Made by a program: the position numbers and the translations under genes. DNA of 8,969 nucleotides from Octopus sinensis (taxonomy: Eukaryota): positions 1 to 8,969 of the forward strand of contig NW_021828214.1 of the NCBI RefSeq assembly GCF_006345805.1. The letters are read 5' to 3'. The notes beneath the pieces were generated by a model. The model made no database searches. It was not told the DNA's origin and saw only the letters and a list, made by a program, of their open reading frames with translations. Every line of letters begins with the position of its first letter. Position 1 is the stretch's first letter. Below are positions 7,005-8,969 of this stretch, piece by piece.

Positions 7005-7746
7005 AGCTATCATCCACCATTTGTGGACGATGTAGTCGACACACGCATGGTGAAGCGAAGTGAATCTTTCGGGCGGCTACGTTGATCAGTGTGAGAGAGG
7101 AGAAGCGTTAAATGTATAAAGCAGTTGTACTGCTTACATTAATGTATGCCTGAGAGACTTGGATGGTTTACGAACGCCATACTAAAAGGCTAAACCACTT
7201 CTAAATGAACTGTCTGAGAAATCTGCTGAAAATCACCTGGCAAGACAAGGTCCCAGACACGGAGGTCCTCTCTTATACCGATCTATCAAATATTTACACC
7301 TTACTGGGAGGAGCGCAGGTCAAGTAGGCATGCCACCGTTCGAATGTTTAAAACACGTTTCCTCATGGGATTGGATTGCAGCGAATTGGCGGAATCAAGA
7401 TTCCGCAAGGTGAAAAAGCGCTTTAAGGATACATTCAAGGCCTCACTGAAGAGCTTTCAGATCAAACCCAACACCTGGGAAATGCAAGCACAGGATGGCT
7501 CTGCCTGGTGAAGCTCCACCAACAGAGGTGCCACCTGCTACGAACAGAACAGGATTACAGGTGCATAAGGAAAACTCGAACTACGAAACTCCAGAACCAA
7601 CCCCTAGCCTTCATTCCCAGCAGACCACCAGTTCCCGAACTGAGCATGCATCGAACTGTTTGGTCACAGCCGGACGCACCGTGCCTGTCTTCTTCTCCCA
7701 TGTGGTGTCCTTGATCATCGTCGACAACGACGGAAGAACTAATAAA
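7005..7746 (+). mobile_element. 5'-truncated, decayed RTE-clade LINE (post-RT C-terminal region and 3' end)
   Basis: Manual translation across stops and frameshifts: VDDVVDTRMVKRSESFGRLR*SV*ERR / [51 protein letters not shown] / KKRFKDTFKASLKSFQIKPNTWEMQAQDGSAW* / IELFGHSRTHR. These are typical RTE ORF motifs (FGRL, [24 protein letters not shown], SHxRTH). Confidence 0.92.
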
Positions 7747-7985
7747 GCCGTTATAAAAGATTCAAGAATTCTTAAGATCTTTCGAGAAATTCCATAGGAC
7801 TTTAGCTTGTAGGGCTGACCAACGAGCCAAATCTTGTGGTATGCTTCCAATATGTGAAAAACGGCAAAGCTTACGTCGCCTATAGTTATCTGAAGTACAA
7901 AGGAACCGTTCGGTTATTATAATCATATCAGCCAAAGAGCGCCAAGCACGAAACCTATAATATTTGTTTATAACAAACCAAGTTT
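7747..7985 (-). mobile_element. Decayed reverse-transcriptase fragment of a CR1/L2/Jockey-group LINE
   Basis: Minus strand reads NKYYRFRAWRSLADMIIITERF, then after a frameshift FHILEAYHKIWLVGQPYKLKSYGISRKILRILESFIT. This matches the QYGFRxxRSTAD..LDISKAFDKVWHxGLLxKLxSYGIxGxxLxxIxSFL pattern; several differences need only one base change (GAC>CAC, TCG>TTG, TTC>TAC). Confidence 0.8.
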
Positions 7986-8010
7986 ATTTCGTTCATTCGA
8001 ATACCCACCC

Positions 8011-8065
8011 GTCTCTCACCACACCTCTCCCTCTCTCTCCTGCTCTCGCTCTCTCTCTCACTCTC

Positions 8066-8103
<38 letters not shown>

Positions 8104-8258
8104 TGTGTGTATGTTGTGTGTGCCGCTCTCTCTCTCTCTCTTTCCCCTTCTCTCTTTCTTTTGCTCTCTGCCTGTTTGCCTGTCATTTTCTCTCTCCTTC
8201 TCTCCCTCCTTCTCTCTCTTTCTCTCTCTCTCCCTCCCCCCCTCTCTCCCACTCTCTT
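8011..8258. repeat. Compound (CT)n-(TG)n-(CT)n microsatellite region
   Basis: CT-rich at 8011-8071, (TG)n at 8072-8122, CT-rich at 8126-8258. Confidence 0.92.
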
Positions 8259-8587
8259 TTATCTTATTCCCTTCACACTCAATATCATATACTGTCTCCG
8301 CTCATATTCTCCTACCAAGACACTAAATCAACTTCCTGCTTATGATATTAAAAATTAAGATTTCAAAACCGTGAAAACTTACTCTAAACTCAAATAACTA
8401 AGAGTCGAGCGTTTCCTGCGGCGGTGATTTTTTTCAATGCTATTATAGATACATCCATACCTCCATTCTTCCAAACATACATATATACATACCTACATAC
8501 ATACATGTGCATACACACGCACACACACACACATAAACATACTACACAAAGACATATACATGTATGCATATATACATATGAGTATAT

Positions 8588-8700
8588 AGACAGAGACAGA
8601 TAGATTGAAACAGAGACAGATAGATTGAAACAGAGACAGATAGATTGAGACAGAGACAGATAGATTGAAACAGAGACAGATAGATTGAGACAGAGATAGA
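8588..8700 (+). repeat. 20-bp minisatellite CAGAGACAGATAGATTGA(A/G)A x ~5.5
   Basis: Units start at 8591, 8611, 8631, 8651, 8671 and 8691 (partial). Confidence 0.92.
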
Positions 8701-8745
8701 CCGACAGACAGACTGATAGATACATTGATGGGACAGACAGACACA

Positions 8746-8757
8746 TAGATAGATAGG

Positions 8758-8852
<95 letters not shown>
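8746..8852 (+). repeat. (GATA)n microsatellite
   Basis: Almost perfect GATA array of about 26 units. Confidence 0.97.
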
Positions 8853-8969
8853 GTAAAACACTATTCGGTCCGCTGTCACCCGTTTAAAATTAATGAAAAG
8901 GATTTATATGATTTATATTAAACTAAAAAGATGAAACGAAATATTTCAACGATGTTTATTAAAAACGAT

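Noticed and set aside
7495-7797. ORFs 7495-7797 and 7508-7714 as genes
   Set aside because: They overlap the decayed RTE but are not in its coding frame, which is broken by stops.
8370-8445. Possible minus-strand exon bounded by AG and GTAAGT
   Set aside because: All three frames contain stops and there is no other gene evidence.
8591-8700. CRISPR-like array
   Set aside because: Units are contiguous with no unique spacers, and the context is eukaryotic.

Overview
Repeat-dense, apparently non-genic eukaryotic DNA. The SINE families and microsatellite load resemble an octopus (coleoid cephalopod) genome; this is inference from recall, not a database result. No intact protein-coding gene is supported: the supplied ORFs are mostly microsatellite or repeat read-through, and one overlaps a decayed RT. 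The window holds simple repeats (TA/TG, GATA, AAT/GAT, CT), two tRNA-headed SINE families (six copies or fragments), a decayed 3' fragment of an RTE-clade LINE (+), a decayed CR1/Jockey-group RT fragment (-), a ~760 bp hairpin-rich non-coding element sharing the RTE 3'-terminal hairpin (-), and an unclassified repeat in three copies with inverted geometry. The most striking observation is a near-canonical minimal type I hammerhead ribozyme at ~299-343, with a palindromic stem III and a downstream AATAAA, of the kind known from Penelope-like elements and retrozymes.
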